This document shows, piece after piece, positions 7,579 to 15,843 of a stretch of DNA of 64,000 nucleotides. Position 1 is the first letter of the stretch. Each line of letters begins with the position of its first letter. Made by a program: the position numbers and the translations under genes. A model generated the notes under the pieces. That model was not told the DNA's origin and did not search any database. It worked only from the letters and a program-made list of their open reading frames with translations. Location of the stretch: positions 391,694 through 455,693 of the forward strand of contig CAWJQN010000003.1 of the NCBI GenBank assembly GCA_963845115.1, read 5' to 3'. The DNA comes from an uncultured delta proteobacterium (GTDB taxonomy: Bacteria; Desulfobacterota; Desulfobulbia; Desulfobulbales; Desulfocapsaceae).

Positions 7579-7830
7579 TACAGTAAGTCAACTACATGTA
7601 ATAGATATGTAAGAACTTTTTGGGATACCAGCCCAGTCATAGCCGCGTTGCAAGATCAAATAGTTAAGGTGCAATACATCGTTTTTGCGCATGCCAGGTT
7701 TTCCCATATTGGCTATAGCGTTGACATTTCATCCAAGACAGTAAAGACTTTTCCTGCCCACCTTGCAGTCAAGCGTAATGTTTCAGCTTCCACTCTAAAT
7801 CAGGTTTTCAACTCATTATTTATGTGAGAT
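7579..7830 (+). pseudogene. intI: integron-type tyrosine recombinase (IntI-like), N-terminal fragment only
   Basis: Hand translation gives ...YSKSTTCNRYVRTFW...YIVFAHARFSHIGYSVDISSKTVKTFPAHLAVKRNVSASTLNQVFNSLFM*. The HLAV-x-RNVSAST-x-NQ-x-x-N-x-L block is the signature of the Phage_int_SAM_4 domain of integron integrases. The frame ends at TGA 7828-7830, and no catalytic R-H-R-Y domain follows before yajD. Confidence 0.6.
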
Positions 7831-7962
7831 CTGTTACCTTGCCGCTGGCAGCAAAGATGAAGCAGAAAGCATTCAGGTTTACTGTATTTCTGTTTCTCTT
7901 TGACCTTGTCAATCTTCTGGCATCTCAGTTTTTGTCTCTTACTTTCCGTTTATAATCCCGAA

Positions 7963-8274
7963 CTATTTTTTAGGCTTGTTCAACAAGTTCTTGAGATCAG
8001 CGAAGGGAGAGTGCTTAGCCGTATCACCCTTCTCTTTGTCTGGATTTTCGGTGGACAGCCATTCGGCGTCGAGCAGGCGGGAATGCTCGTTATCGTGGCA
8101 GTAGAGGCATAACAGCTCCCAGTTGCTGCCGTCGGGCGGATTGTTGTTGTGATTGTGGTCTTTATGATGAACCGTCAATTCCCGCAGATTTTTCCCGGTA
8201 AAATCCCGGCCGCAACTTCCACAAACCCACGGAAAAAGTTTTAATGCCCGTTCCCGATAATCTATCTGTTTCAT
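7963..8274 (-). CDS. yajD: YajD-family HNH nuclease
   Basis: WVCGSCGRDF...LTVHHKDHNHNNNPPDGSNWELLCLYCHDNEH is the characteristic YajD HNH/zinc motif. Length 103 aa. Confidence 0.85.
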   Translation of the reverse strand: MKQIDYRERALKLFPWVCGSCGRDFTGKNLRELTVHHKDHNHNNNPPDGSNWELLCLYCHDNEHSRLLDAEWLSTENPDKEKGDTAKHSPFADLKNLLNKPKK

Positions 8275-8519
8275 TCTGTAACCCCGACATCAAAATGGTA
8301 GATAGCAATAATCTGATAGCAACCACGTTTGTGTAGTTTATTGATTCGCTTAAAAAACAAACCGGCACGACACAAAATCAGCATACGGTCTTATCCTTAA
8401 TTACACCAGAATCAAAACGGGCTGGGCCGCTTTGATAGTTATCTTCGATGAGCTTTTCTGAAACGAAAATGGTCACTGCTCTGAGCAAAAACAGCTACGT
8501 CGGCTTCCATGGCGACCAA

Positions 8520-9812
8520 TCATACGGCTTGGCTCTCCACCCTGTTACGGCCCTTCTCCTTGGCTCGGTATAGTGCTTCGTCAGCTCGATTAGTCAGGGT
8601 GGTGAGTGTATCCCCCAAACAATAAAGCGACACCCCGAAGCTGGCAGTCACCCGGGATGGTTTACCGAAATCGTATTGTTCGATCCTTCGACGTATTTTA
8701 TCGGCAAGCTGCATGCCTTGAGAAAGCGTGATCCCGGGACTGCAGAGGGTAAACTCCTCTCCCCCCCACCGGGCAAAGGAATCGCTGTCCCTGATATTTG
8801 CCAGGACGAGCTGGGCCAAACGCTTCAGGACTTTGTCCCCGGTCCCGTGGCCGTGGGTGTCGTTGATTTTTTTGAAGTGATCAATATCGAGCATGATCAA
8901 CACGAGCGAGGATTCGTAACGTTTGGCACGGGCTATTTCCACTTTCAGGACGTCGTTAAACTTCATCCGGTTGTAAATCCCGGTCAAGCCATCGGTGGTG
9001 GCCTGCTTTTCGAGTAAGGTGTTGATCGTCTCCAGCGACTGGAGGTAATTCTTCTGTTCGGTGATGTCGCGAAAAGCGATAACGGTGCCGGTTACCGTAT
9101 CTTCCTCAGGGATCGGTCGGGATGAGATCATCACCGGCAGCAGCTTACCAGAACGGCAGGTGAAGGTGCCCTCCTCGTTGTAGCTTTCGCCATCCTTGAC
9201 GGCTCCCAGCAGGGGGTTATCGTCGTGGTCTATCATAGAACCGTCGGGATGCTGTGTAAAAACGGTCTCGTGGACCATCGCACCGAGCAACTGATCTGGT
9301 TGGTAGCCAAGCATATGGCAGGCTTCAGGGTTTGCGAAAACGACCCTGCCGTGAGTATCAACAAGGAATATCCCTTCGCCGATGACCTCGGTTATCAGCT
9401 TGAAACGCTGCTCGATAGACTGCTTCTCACGCAGTGAGTTGATCATGTGGTTAAACGATTCAGAGAACTCACCAAGAAAGTGCACCTGCTGATTGAGGTC
9501 GCCTCCCGCGACCTGCTTTGCCTGCCAGCTCAGATGTATGAGGTTTGCCTGCAGTGATTTTAGCGGCATGGCAAAAATGTTTTTCTTTGACACATGCGCC
9601 TTGAGTTTGCCTTGCGACAGCTGCTCCGAAAATTGATACGACTCGTTGATCATCTCGAAGAATTGTGCCAACCTTGAGCATGCGTCCCGCAAGCCGTCAT
9701 CTTCAAGATCACGGGACTCAAGAGGAAAGGTCAGCCCCTCTCTGCCAAGGCCTTTGTCCATTGCTTTCTGGATGTACTGATCAATTAGTGCGAGGATTTG
9801 ACCGGAATCCAT
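8520..9812 (-). CDS. PAS-domain diguanylate cyclase (GGDEF)
   Basis: PAS segment GIFLVDTHGRVVFANPEACHMLGY. GGDEF domain with DIDHFKKINDTHGH and RWGGEEFTL. Confidence 0.9.
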   Translation of the reverse strand: MDSGQILALIDQYIQKAMDKGLGREGLTFPLESRDLEDDGLRDACSRLAQFFEMINESYQFSEQLSQGKLKAHVSKKNIFAMPLKSLQANLIHLSWQAKQVAGGDLNQQVHFLGEFSESFNHMINSLREKQSIEQRFKLITEVIGEGIFLVDTHGRVVFANPEACHMLGYQPDQLLGAMVHETVFTQHPDGSMIDHDDNPLLGAVKDGESYNEEGTFTCRSGKLLPVMISSRPIPEEDTVTGTVIAFRDITEQKNYLQSLETINTLLEKQATTDGLTGIYNRMKFNDVLKVEIARAKRYESSLVLIMLDIDHFKKINDTHGHGTGDKVLKRLAQLVLANIRDSDSFARWGGEEFTLCSPGITLSQGMQLADKIRRRIEQYDFGKPSRVTASFGVSLYCLGDTLTTLTNRADEALYRAKEKGRNRVESQAV

Positions 9813-9813
9813 A

Positions 9814-10332
9814 TCACCTTCCTGCAGGTCTTACATCGAATCGGCAGGTTCTCTCTCCAGTACCCCAGCAGTCCACCTCCCTGGCAGTGAATTTCTTCCC
9901 GGTGTACTGCTCAAATATCCCGGCGATAAACCCTTCATCGTATTCACATACTGATTCATCAAAGACCGGCAAGCCGGAGCAGTCGAGATCCTCGGATACG
10001 GTCATTGTAAAGGTTAATTCGCCCAGATCGGCCTCTTCAACCCGAAGAATGCCGACTTTCAGATCCACAAGTGTTTCTTTCAATTGTGCGATAAAGGTTT
10101 CAAAGGGAGCGCCGACATCGAGCACATTTTCACAGAACTTCTTGCCGGCCAGAAGACCGGCCTCGACGAGAAGCTCTGACATTTTTTCTTTTCCCAGGTG
10201 ATGAGACAGGACATCCTTGAAGGTGAACTGCATGAGACGGTATACGATAACAGATGTTTCAGGCCCCAGGTTTGGCCTTCCTTCGCTAAGATTGCCCAGA
10301 TGCTCCCATTGAAATCTATATGAGTCGCTCAT
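9814..10332 (-). CDS. V4R (4-vinyl reductase) domain protein
   Basis: 172 aa. The Cys-containing C-terminal half (...DCSGLPVFDESVCEYDEGFIAGIFEQYTGKKFTAREVDCWGTGERTCRFDV) fits the V4R small-molecule-binding domain. Its TGA lies 1 nt before the ATG of the GGDEF gene. Confidence 0.6.
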   Translation of the reverse strand: MSDSYRFQWEHLGNLSEGRPNLGPETSVIVYRLMQFTFKDVLSHHLGKEKMSELLVEAGLLAGKKFCENVLDVGAPFETFIAQLKETLVDLKVGILRVEEADLGELTFTMTVSEDLDCSGLPVFDESVCEYDEGFIAGIFEQYTGKKFTAREVDCWGTGERTCRFDVRPAGR

Positions 10333-10804
10333 CGTTTTCTCCCTTTCCCCTATAGTCGCTCCTGAACTGAGACTTTTCTCCTGAAGAGCATAATAAGACT
10401 ACACTAACTGGGCACTATTATCTGCAAAAACCTGGAAACACCTCTGCCACTGCCATCTTTGCCTTGAAGTTCCCCGTAGACTTTCATCTTGTTCATTCCC
10501 ATGCCTCTGACCCCGATTTAAGACCACATCCTGATTACACGGCAGCAGCTTTTCCACATAACGGCTTGTCCAAAGTCCTGGGCCCTTTTCTGCACATGGT
10601 GAAATTACCCAGCCAACCATTATTCAAGCTTCTGATATCAGAACAGAAAAGGAATGCAGTTATCCTTTCAGGATGGGGATGGTGAGTGCGCAGGTGCGAT
10701 AAATTATCACCCATGTTCAAGCAAAGGTGTTGCCTGTGTTTTCAGGTGTAACGTGAACAGACTTCATTGGGGAGAATCAGCAGATGCGGGAAGAATCAAC
10801 AGTG

Positions 10805-10823
10805 GCCGCCGCAATGCGGCGGC
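10805..10823 (-). terminator. GC hairpin downstream of the 64-aa ORF
   Basis: GCCGCCGC-AAT-GCGGCGGC forms an 8-bp stem about 30 nt after the stop at 10852. The minus strand continues ...actgttgattcttcc, a weak U tract. Confidence 0.4.
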
Positions 10824-10851
10824 TATGACCGTCTCGGATCCTGCATCGAGT

Positions 10852-11046
10852 CTAGGGCCGGTAGAGCAAAGTGATGGTGAGATTGCGTTCGAGCGCCTCT
10901 CCATGGGCAACCATAGATTCCGACTGCAGCACGTGGACGATCTCGACTTCAGGGTTCTCCTCCAGCCAGAGGTTGAGCTGCAACTCTCCCGGCGGATTGA
11001 TGTTGGTAGTGCAGTAGCTGAATATCTTGGCTTTCAGTGGCTCCAT
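10852..11046 (-). CDS. hypothetical small protein
   Basis: 64 aa from ATG 11046, with GGGAGG 6 nt upstream: MEPLKAKIFSYCTTNINPPGELQLNLWLEENPEVEIVHVLQSESMVAHGE... I recognise no family. Confidence 0.45.
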   Translation of the reverse strand: MEPLKAKIFSYCTTNINPPGELQLNLWLEENPEVEIVHVLQSESMVAHGEALERNLTITLLYRP

Positions 11047-11154
11047 GATAACCTCCCGGCACATTTCTGAATGTTCAGAGATCTGTTGCGGTCATCTCCA
11101 GGGTAATCACTGCAATAAGTATAAAAAACCTGACATCCCCTGTAAAGAGCCTGC

Positions 11155-11185
11155 CCGGCACGAGAGGTTCGATCCTTGGTGCCGG
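11155..11185 (-). terminator. hairpin downstream of gcdH (T-loop-like sequence in the loop)
   Basis: CCGGCAC (11155-11161) pairs with GTGCCGG (11179-11185). The 17-nt loop contains GGTTCGATCC. It lies about 60 nt after the gcdH stop. The U tract is weak. Confidence 0.35.
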
Positions 11186-11245
11186 CCCCGCCCACGACCG
11201 GCACAACTCGAATCTTCCGGTTTCCGGGAACCTGTTCAGGCGTGA

Positions 11246-12424
11246 TTAGGTGAAGGCGGCAAGGCCGGTCACCTGCTGGCCGATGATCAGAGTATGAATG
11301 TCATGGGTTCCCTCGTAGGTGTATACCGATTCGAGGTTGGCCATATGACGCATTATCGGGTATTCCCCCATGATGCCGTTGGCCCCGAGCATGGTCCGGG
11401 CAGCCCGGCAGATATCGAGCGCCACCTGGACGTTGTTCATCTTGGCCATCGAAACCTGGGCAGGCGTGGCTTTCCCCTGGTCCTTGAGCCGTCCCAGATG
11501 GAGGACGAGCAGCTGGCCCTTGGTGATCTCGGTGACCATCTCGGCCAGCTTCTTCTGCTGGAGTTGGAACGCCCCGATCGGCCGATCGAACTGAACCCGG
11601 CTCTGCCCATATTCCAGGGCAGTCTGGTAGCAGTTGTCGGCCGCCCCCAGCGCTCCCCAGGCGATACCGTAGCGGGCCTGAGTCAGACAGCTGAGCGGAC
11701 CTTTGAGACCGGTTATGCCGGGCAGCAAGCCCCTGGATTCATCGACCTCAACGTTGTCAAGGGTCAGTTCCGAGGTAACCGAAGCGCGCAGGCTCCATTT
11801 GTTTTTCATCCGCGGTGCCGAAAATCCCGCCGTTCCTTTTTCGACCAGAAAGCCGCGCACACCGTCGGCGGTCATCGCCCAGACCAGGGCGACATCAGCG
11901 ATGGAGCCGTTGGTAATCCACATCTTCGAGCCGTTGATCAGCCAGGTGCCGGATTCGGTGCGCTCAGCCCTGGTCCGCATACCGCTGGGGTTGGAGCCGA
12001 AATCGGGCTCGGTCAGGCCGAAGCAGCCGATCTTTTCGCCGGCCGCCATCTTCGGCAGCCAGTAGGACTTCTGTTCGTCGCTGCCGTACGCGAAAATGGG
12101 ATACATGACCAGTGAGCCCTGAACCGAAGCGAGGCTGCGCAGGGCCGAGTCCCCCCGTTCCAGTTCATACATCAGTAGCCCGTATGCAACATTGGACAGC
12201 CCGGCACAGCCGTATTCCTCCGGCAGGGACGGTCCGAAAAACCCGAGTTCCCCCATTTCCGGGATCAGCTGATCCGGAAACGACTCCCGCTGAGCATGGT
12301 CATCGATAATCGGCATGACTTTGTCGTTGACAAAAGCCCGGGCCGTTTCGCGTACCAGCTTTTCCTCGTCCTCGAGCAATTCCTGAAAATTCATGTAATC
12401 GGTCAGTTCGGTTGTCTGTTGCAT
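11246..12424 (-). CDS. gcdH: glutaryl-CoA dehydrogenase (acyl-CoA dehydrogenase family)
   Basis: Full-length match to the GCDH pattern: ...EMGELGFFGPSLPEEYGCAGLSNVAYGLLMYELERGDSALRSLASVQGSLVMYPI..., CFGLTEPDFGSNPSGMRTRAE, SKMWITNG and YTYEGTHDIHTLIIG. Confidence 0.85.
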   Translation of the reverse strand: MQQTTELTDYMNFQELLEDEEKLVRETARAFVNDKVMPIIDDHAQRESFPDQLIPEMGELGFFGPSLPEEYGCAGLSNVAYGLLMYELERGDSALRSLASVQGSLVMYPIFAYGSDEQKSYWLPKMAAGEKIGCFGLTEPDFGSNPSGMRTRAERTESGTWLINGSKMWITNGSIADVALVWAMTADGVRGFLVEKGTAGFSAPRMKNKWSLRASVTSELTLDNVEVDESRGLLPGITGLKGPLSCLTQARYGIAWGALGAADNCYQTALEYGQSRVQFDRPIGAFQLQQKKLAEMVTEITKGQLLVLHLGRLKDQGKATPAQVSMAKMNNVQVALDICRAARTMLGANGIMGEYPIMRHMANLESVYTYEGTHDIHTLIIGQQVTGLAAFT

Positions 12425-12499
12425 GGCTTTATCGAAAATGTTTGTTATGGTTTACGTTGATTTCCTCTGTCAATCAGTACCGAAGAGACTGTTTATATC

Positions 12500-12910
12500 A
12501 TGAATGATCAACAAAAGGAACTGCTGCGGATAGCTGAAAAAGCTGCTGAAATGGCCTATGCGCCCTATTCGGGATTCCGGGTCGGGGCCGCCGTGCTGAC
12601 CCCTTACGGCATGTTCCCCGGGGCCAATATCGAAACAGCCTCGACCAACCTTGGCATCTGCGCTGAACGGGCGGCCATCACCCACGCCCGGATGAGCGGT
12701 CAGGCCGCCATCCTGGGCATCGCCGTCTTCTGCCCCGACATCGGTCCGGGTGAAGAAGGCCTCATCGATGAGTACGCCGCCATGCCCTGCGGAGCCTGCC
12801 GCCAGTGGCTGGCCGAACTGGCGCCCGAGGCCTGGGTGGTGATCAGCAGTTCCGCCAGGGTATTCAGCCTCGACGATCTGCTGCCGCACGCCTTTAAACT
12901 GCTCCCATAG
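12500..12910 (+). CDS. cdd: cytidine deaminase
   Basis: 136 aa with the zinc-site motifs CAERAAI and PCGACRQWL. Confidence 0.9.
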   Translation: MNDQQKELLRIAEKAAEMAYAPYSGFRVGAAVLTPYGMFPGANIETASTNLGICAERAAITHARMSGQAAILGIAVFCPDIGPGEEGLIDEYAAMPCGACRQWLAELAPEAWVVISSSARVFSLDDLLPHAFKLLP

Positions 12911-12934
12911 CCTTCTGGCCAAAACCAACCGGTC

Positions 12935-13762
12935 TCAGCGCGGCGGCCAGGACTTCACAACCGCTTCGAGCAGATCGATGAAGGTGGTGCGGACCTGCTC
13001 CCCGATTCTGATGATCTCCTCGTGATCCAGGGGCTGGTCCAGCAGGCCGGTACCCATATTGGTGATGCAGGAAACGCCCAGCACCTTCATGCCGCTGTGC
13101 ACGGCCGTAATCACTTCAGGCACCGTTGACATGCCCACCGCATGCCCGCCCAGAAGATTGAGCATCCGCACCTCGCTGGCCGTTTCATAGCTGGGGCCGG
13201 GCATGTAGCAGTAGACGCCCTCTTTCAGGTCGATGCCCTGTTTCTGCCCGCAGCGCTGGGCCAGCTCACGAATCTTTCTGGCGTAGGGCTCCGACATGTC
13301 GTTGAATCGGGGGCCGAAGCTGTCTATGTTGGGGCCACGCAGCGGGCTGTCGGTGACCATCTTGATGTGGTCGCGAATGAGCATCAGTTCCCCGGGCCGG
13401 TAGGCGGGGTCCAGGCTGCCTGCCGCGTTGGTGACGATCAGGCTGTCGGCCCCGAGCATCTTCAGAACCCGCACCGGGAAGACCACCTGCTCCATCGACA
13501 GCCCCTCGTAGTAGTGCAGCCGCCCCTGAAACACGAGCACCGGCCGATCCTGCAGCAGCCCCGCGACCAGGCGCCCGGAGTGGCCGGCCACGGTCGAGGC
13601 CTGGAAGTGGGGGATCTCCTCGTAGCCGATACTCACCGGCTCCTGGACCTGGTCGCCGAGCGCCCCCAGGCCTGACCCCAGGATAACGCCGATCCGGGGC
13701 CGCACCGTAACCCGTTGTCCGATAAAGTCGGCAGCCTCTTTGATGCGTGTGACGATATCCAT
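12935..13762 (-). CDS. punA: purine nucleoside phosphorylase (trimeric PNP/PunA type)
   Basis: GVILGSGLG, AGHSGRLVAG, NAAGSL and GMSTVPEVI are typical of inosine/guanosine phosphorylase I. Confidence 0.85.
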   Translation of the reverse strand: MDIVTRIKEAADFIGQRVTVRPRIGVILGSGLGALGDQVQEPVSIGYEEIPHFQASTVAGHSGRLVAGLLQDRPVLVFQGRLHYYEGLSMEQVVFPVRVLKMLGADSLIVTNAAGSLDPAYRPGELMLIRDHIKMVTDSPLRGPNIDSFGPRFNDMSEPYARKIRELAQRCGQKQGIDLKEGVYCYMPGPSYETASEVRMLNLLGGHAVGMSTVPEVITAVHSGMKVLGVSCITNMGTGLLDQPLDHEEIIRIGEQVRTTFIDLLEAVVKSWPPR

Positions 13763-14719
13763 TCAGCTATCCCCTTTATCGAAGATTCTGCCAATCGAGG
13801 CCGGGGGCTGTGAACGCCCCACCCAACCCACCAGGATGACAATGGTCAGAACATACGGCAGGGTGGCCAGCAGACTCGACGGGATCGGCACACCCTTGGC
13901 TCCCATGAAGATCTCCAGCCCTTTGGCTCCACCGAAGATAAGACAGGCCAGCATGGCTCCCTGAGGTTTCCATTTGCCGAAGATCATTGCCGCCAGGGCG
14001 ATAAACCCATGTCCGGAAATCAGGGTATTGCTGAACCGGGAGACGACGGCAATGGACATCGCCGCGCCGCCGAGCCCGGCCAGAAACCCGGAGGCGATAA
14101 CCGCCCCGTAGCGAATTTTGAAAACCGAGATGCCCAGCGAGTCGGCAGCCTCGGGATGTTCACCCACCGCCCGCAGCCGCATCCCCAGTTTCGTCCGGTA
14201 AAGGACGAACCAGACGACAAAGACCAGACCAAAGGCGATGTAGACCGTGGCAAATCGGTTGAAAACCAGATCCATGAAACCGGCGGAGGCGAACGGTTTT
14301 CCTTCGCCGAAGAGGAAATCGAGGGGCAGCGGTATCTTGTTGGGCACGGTCAGCGTCTGGGTGGCCCCATCGAACACCAGGCGGCTGACAAAAAGGGCAA
14401 AACCAACCCCCAGAAAATTTATGGCAATACCCGAAACGATCTGTTCGGCGGCAAAGGAGACGGTGGCTATGGCATGCAGCAGCCCCAGCGAAGCGCCGGC
14501 CAGGCCGGCACATAAGAATCCGAGCCAGGGGTTCTGGGTGAAGTAGGCCACGGCGGCGCCGACGAAGGCGCCGAAATACATCATCCCCTCCAGGCCGATG
14601 TTGATGATGCCGGAGCGCTCGGTGATAACGCCGCCAACGGCCGCGTAGATCAGCGGGGTCGAGTACATCAGCGTGGTGCCGATGACAAAGGCGATATCGT
14701 TGAGGAAGGATTCCATCAT
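13763..14719 (-). CDS. BMP-type nucleoside ABC transporter permease (NupQ/RnsD-like)
   Basis: 318-aa polytopic protein of the BPD_transp_2 type. Its stop abuts the punA start, and its start overlaps the upstream permease stop by 4 nt. Confidence 0.8.
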   Translation of the reverse strand: MMESFLNDIAFVIGTTLMYSTPLIYAAVGGVITERSGIINIGLEGMMYFGAFVGAAVAYFTQNPWLGFLCAGLAGASLGLLHAIATVSFAAEQIVSGIAINFLGVGFALFVSRLVFDGATQTLTVPNKIPLPLDFLFGEGKPFASAGFMDLVFNRFATVYIAFGLVFVVWFVLYRTKLGMRLRAVGEHPEAADSLGISVFKIRYGAVIASGFLAGLGGAAMSIAVVSRFSNTLISGHGFIALAAMIFGKWKPQGAMLACLIFGGAKGLEIFMGAKGVPIPSSLLATLPYVLTIVILVGWVGRSQPPASIGRIFDKGDS

Positions 14720-15843
14720 TTCCTGACCCGTCTTTTCCTGAAGGCTATGATCATGCGTATCAGCTTGGGCATGGCGACGAAGAAAATAATCGAACCGATC
14801 ATGATGTTGATCACTTCAGTGGGCGCACCCATCACATCCTGGATCTTCGAACCGCCATACTTCAGGGCCCCGAACAGCAGACCGGCAAGCACGCACCCTG
14901 GTCCACTGTTGTTGCCGATCAGGGAGACGGCGATGCCGTCGAAGCCGTATCCTTCCATGATCGCCAGGGTGGCAATGCGGTGACTGACGCCGAGGACCTG
15001 GAAGGCCCCGGCAGCACCGGCCAGACCGCCGGCGATGAACATGGAGAGAACCATGGAGCGCTTGACATCGATCCCGCCGGCCTCTGCCGCCTGCGGATTG
15101 TGGCCCACGGCCCTGAGCTCGTAGCCCAGCGTGGTCCTGTTCAGCACATACCAGACCAGGGCGGCCAGCAGGATGGCGAAGATAAAGCCCAGATTGACCG
15201 GCGACTTGAGGATGTCCCAGAGCATCGGATGCTCCCGCAGAAAGGCAATTCCTTCCGGGGTCCGCTTCCACTGACCGAGCAGGTCGATCTGGGCGGTCGG
15301 CTGAATGGCGTAGGTCTTGCCCGTGCCCTGGCGGCCGAACGAGTCGAGGGTCACGGCCCAGTTGGAAATGTAGAGCGCCGTCCAGTTGAGCATGATGGTC
15401 GAGATCACTTCATTGACGCCGAACCGGGCTTTGAAGTAGCCGGCCAGCCCGCCCCAGAGAGCCGCAGCCAGCACCGCCAGCCCGATGGCCGCGGGCACAT
15501 GCAGGACCATCGGCAGTTGAAGGTAGTAGCCGGCCGCCGCCGCTGCCAGCGCGCCGATGATGTACTGGCCTTCCGCACCGATATTGAACAGACCGGCCCG
15601 CAGGGCAAAAGCCACCGACAGGCCGGTGATGATCAGCGGCGTGGAATAAATGATCACATAGGAAACGTACTTGGGCCTGGAGAATATCCCCTGGAGGATC
15701 ACCCAGTAAGCTTCGAACGGGTTGAAACCGGCAACCAGCAGGATGATACCGCCGACCAGGAAGCCCAAACAGATCGAAACCAGGGTGATGGACAGCGCCC
15801 CCGAGAAGAATTTCTGTTTCAGCCCGGAGCCGCTGGCACTCAT
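14716..15843 (-). CDS. BMP-type nucleoside ABC transporter permease (NupP/RnsC-like)
   Basis: 375-aa polytopic permease. It overlaps both neighbours by 4 nt (coupled operon). Confidence 0.8.
   Translation of the reverse strand: MSASGSGLKQKFFSGALSITLVSICLGFLVGGIILLVAGFNPFEAYWVILQGIFSRPKYVSYVIIYSTPLIITGLSVAFALRAGLFNIGAEGQYIIGALAAAAAGYYLQLPMVLHVPAAIGLAVLAAALWGGLAGYFKARFGVNEVISTIMLNWTALYISNWAVTLDSFGRQGTGKTYAIQPTAQIDLLGQWKRTPEGIAFLREHPMLWDILKSPVNLGFIFAILLAALVWYVLNRTTLGYELRAVGHNPQAAEAGGIDVKRSMVLSMFIAGGLAGAAGAFQVLGVSHRIATLAIMEGYGFDGIAVSLIGNNSGPGCVLAGLLFGALKYGGSKIQDVMGAPTEVINIMIGSIIFFVAMPKLIRMIIAFRKRRVRK

Noticed and set aside
10408-10426. Sigma-54-like sequence CTGGGCACTATTATCTGCA.
   Set aside because: The GG-to-GC spacing is one nucleotide too long for the strict -24/-12 geometry. 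It points rightward, where there is no plus-strand gene.
11153-11187. Possible tRNA gene, suggested by a GGTTCGATCC T-loop-like motif flanked by an acceptor-like stem.
   Set aside because: It spans only about 35 nt. It has no D-arm or anticodon arm, and the T-stem pairs poorly. I keep it as a terminator hairpin or possible tRNA-end relic.
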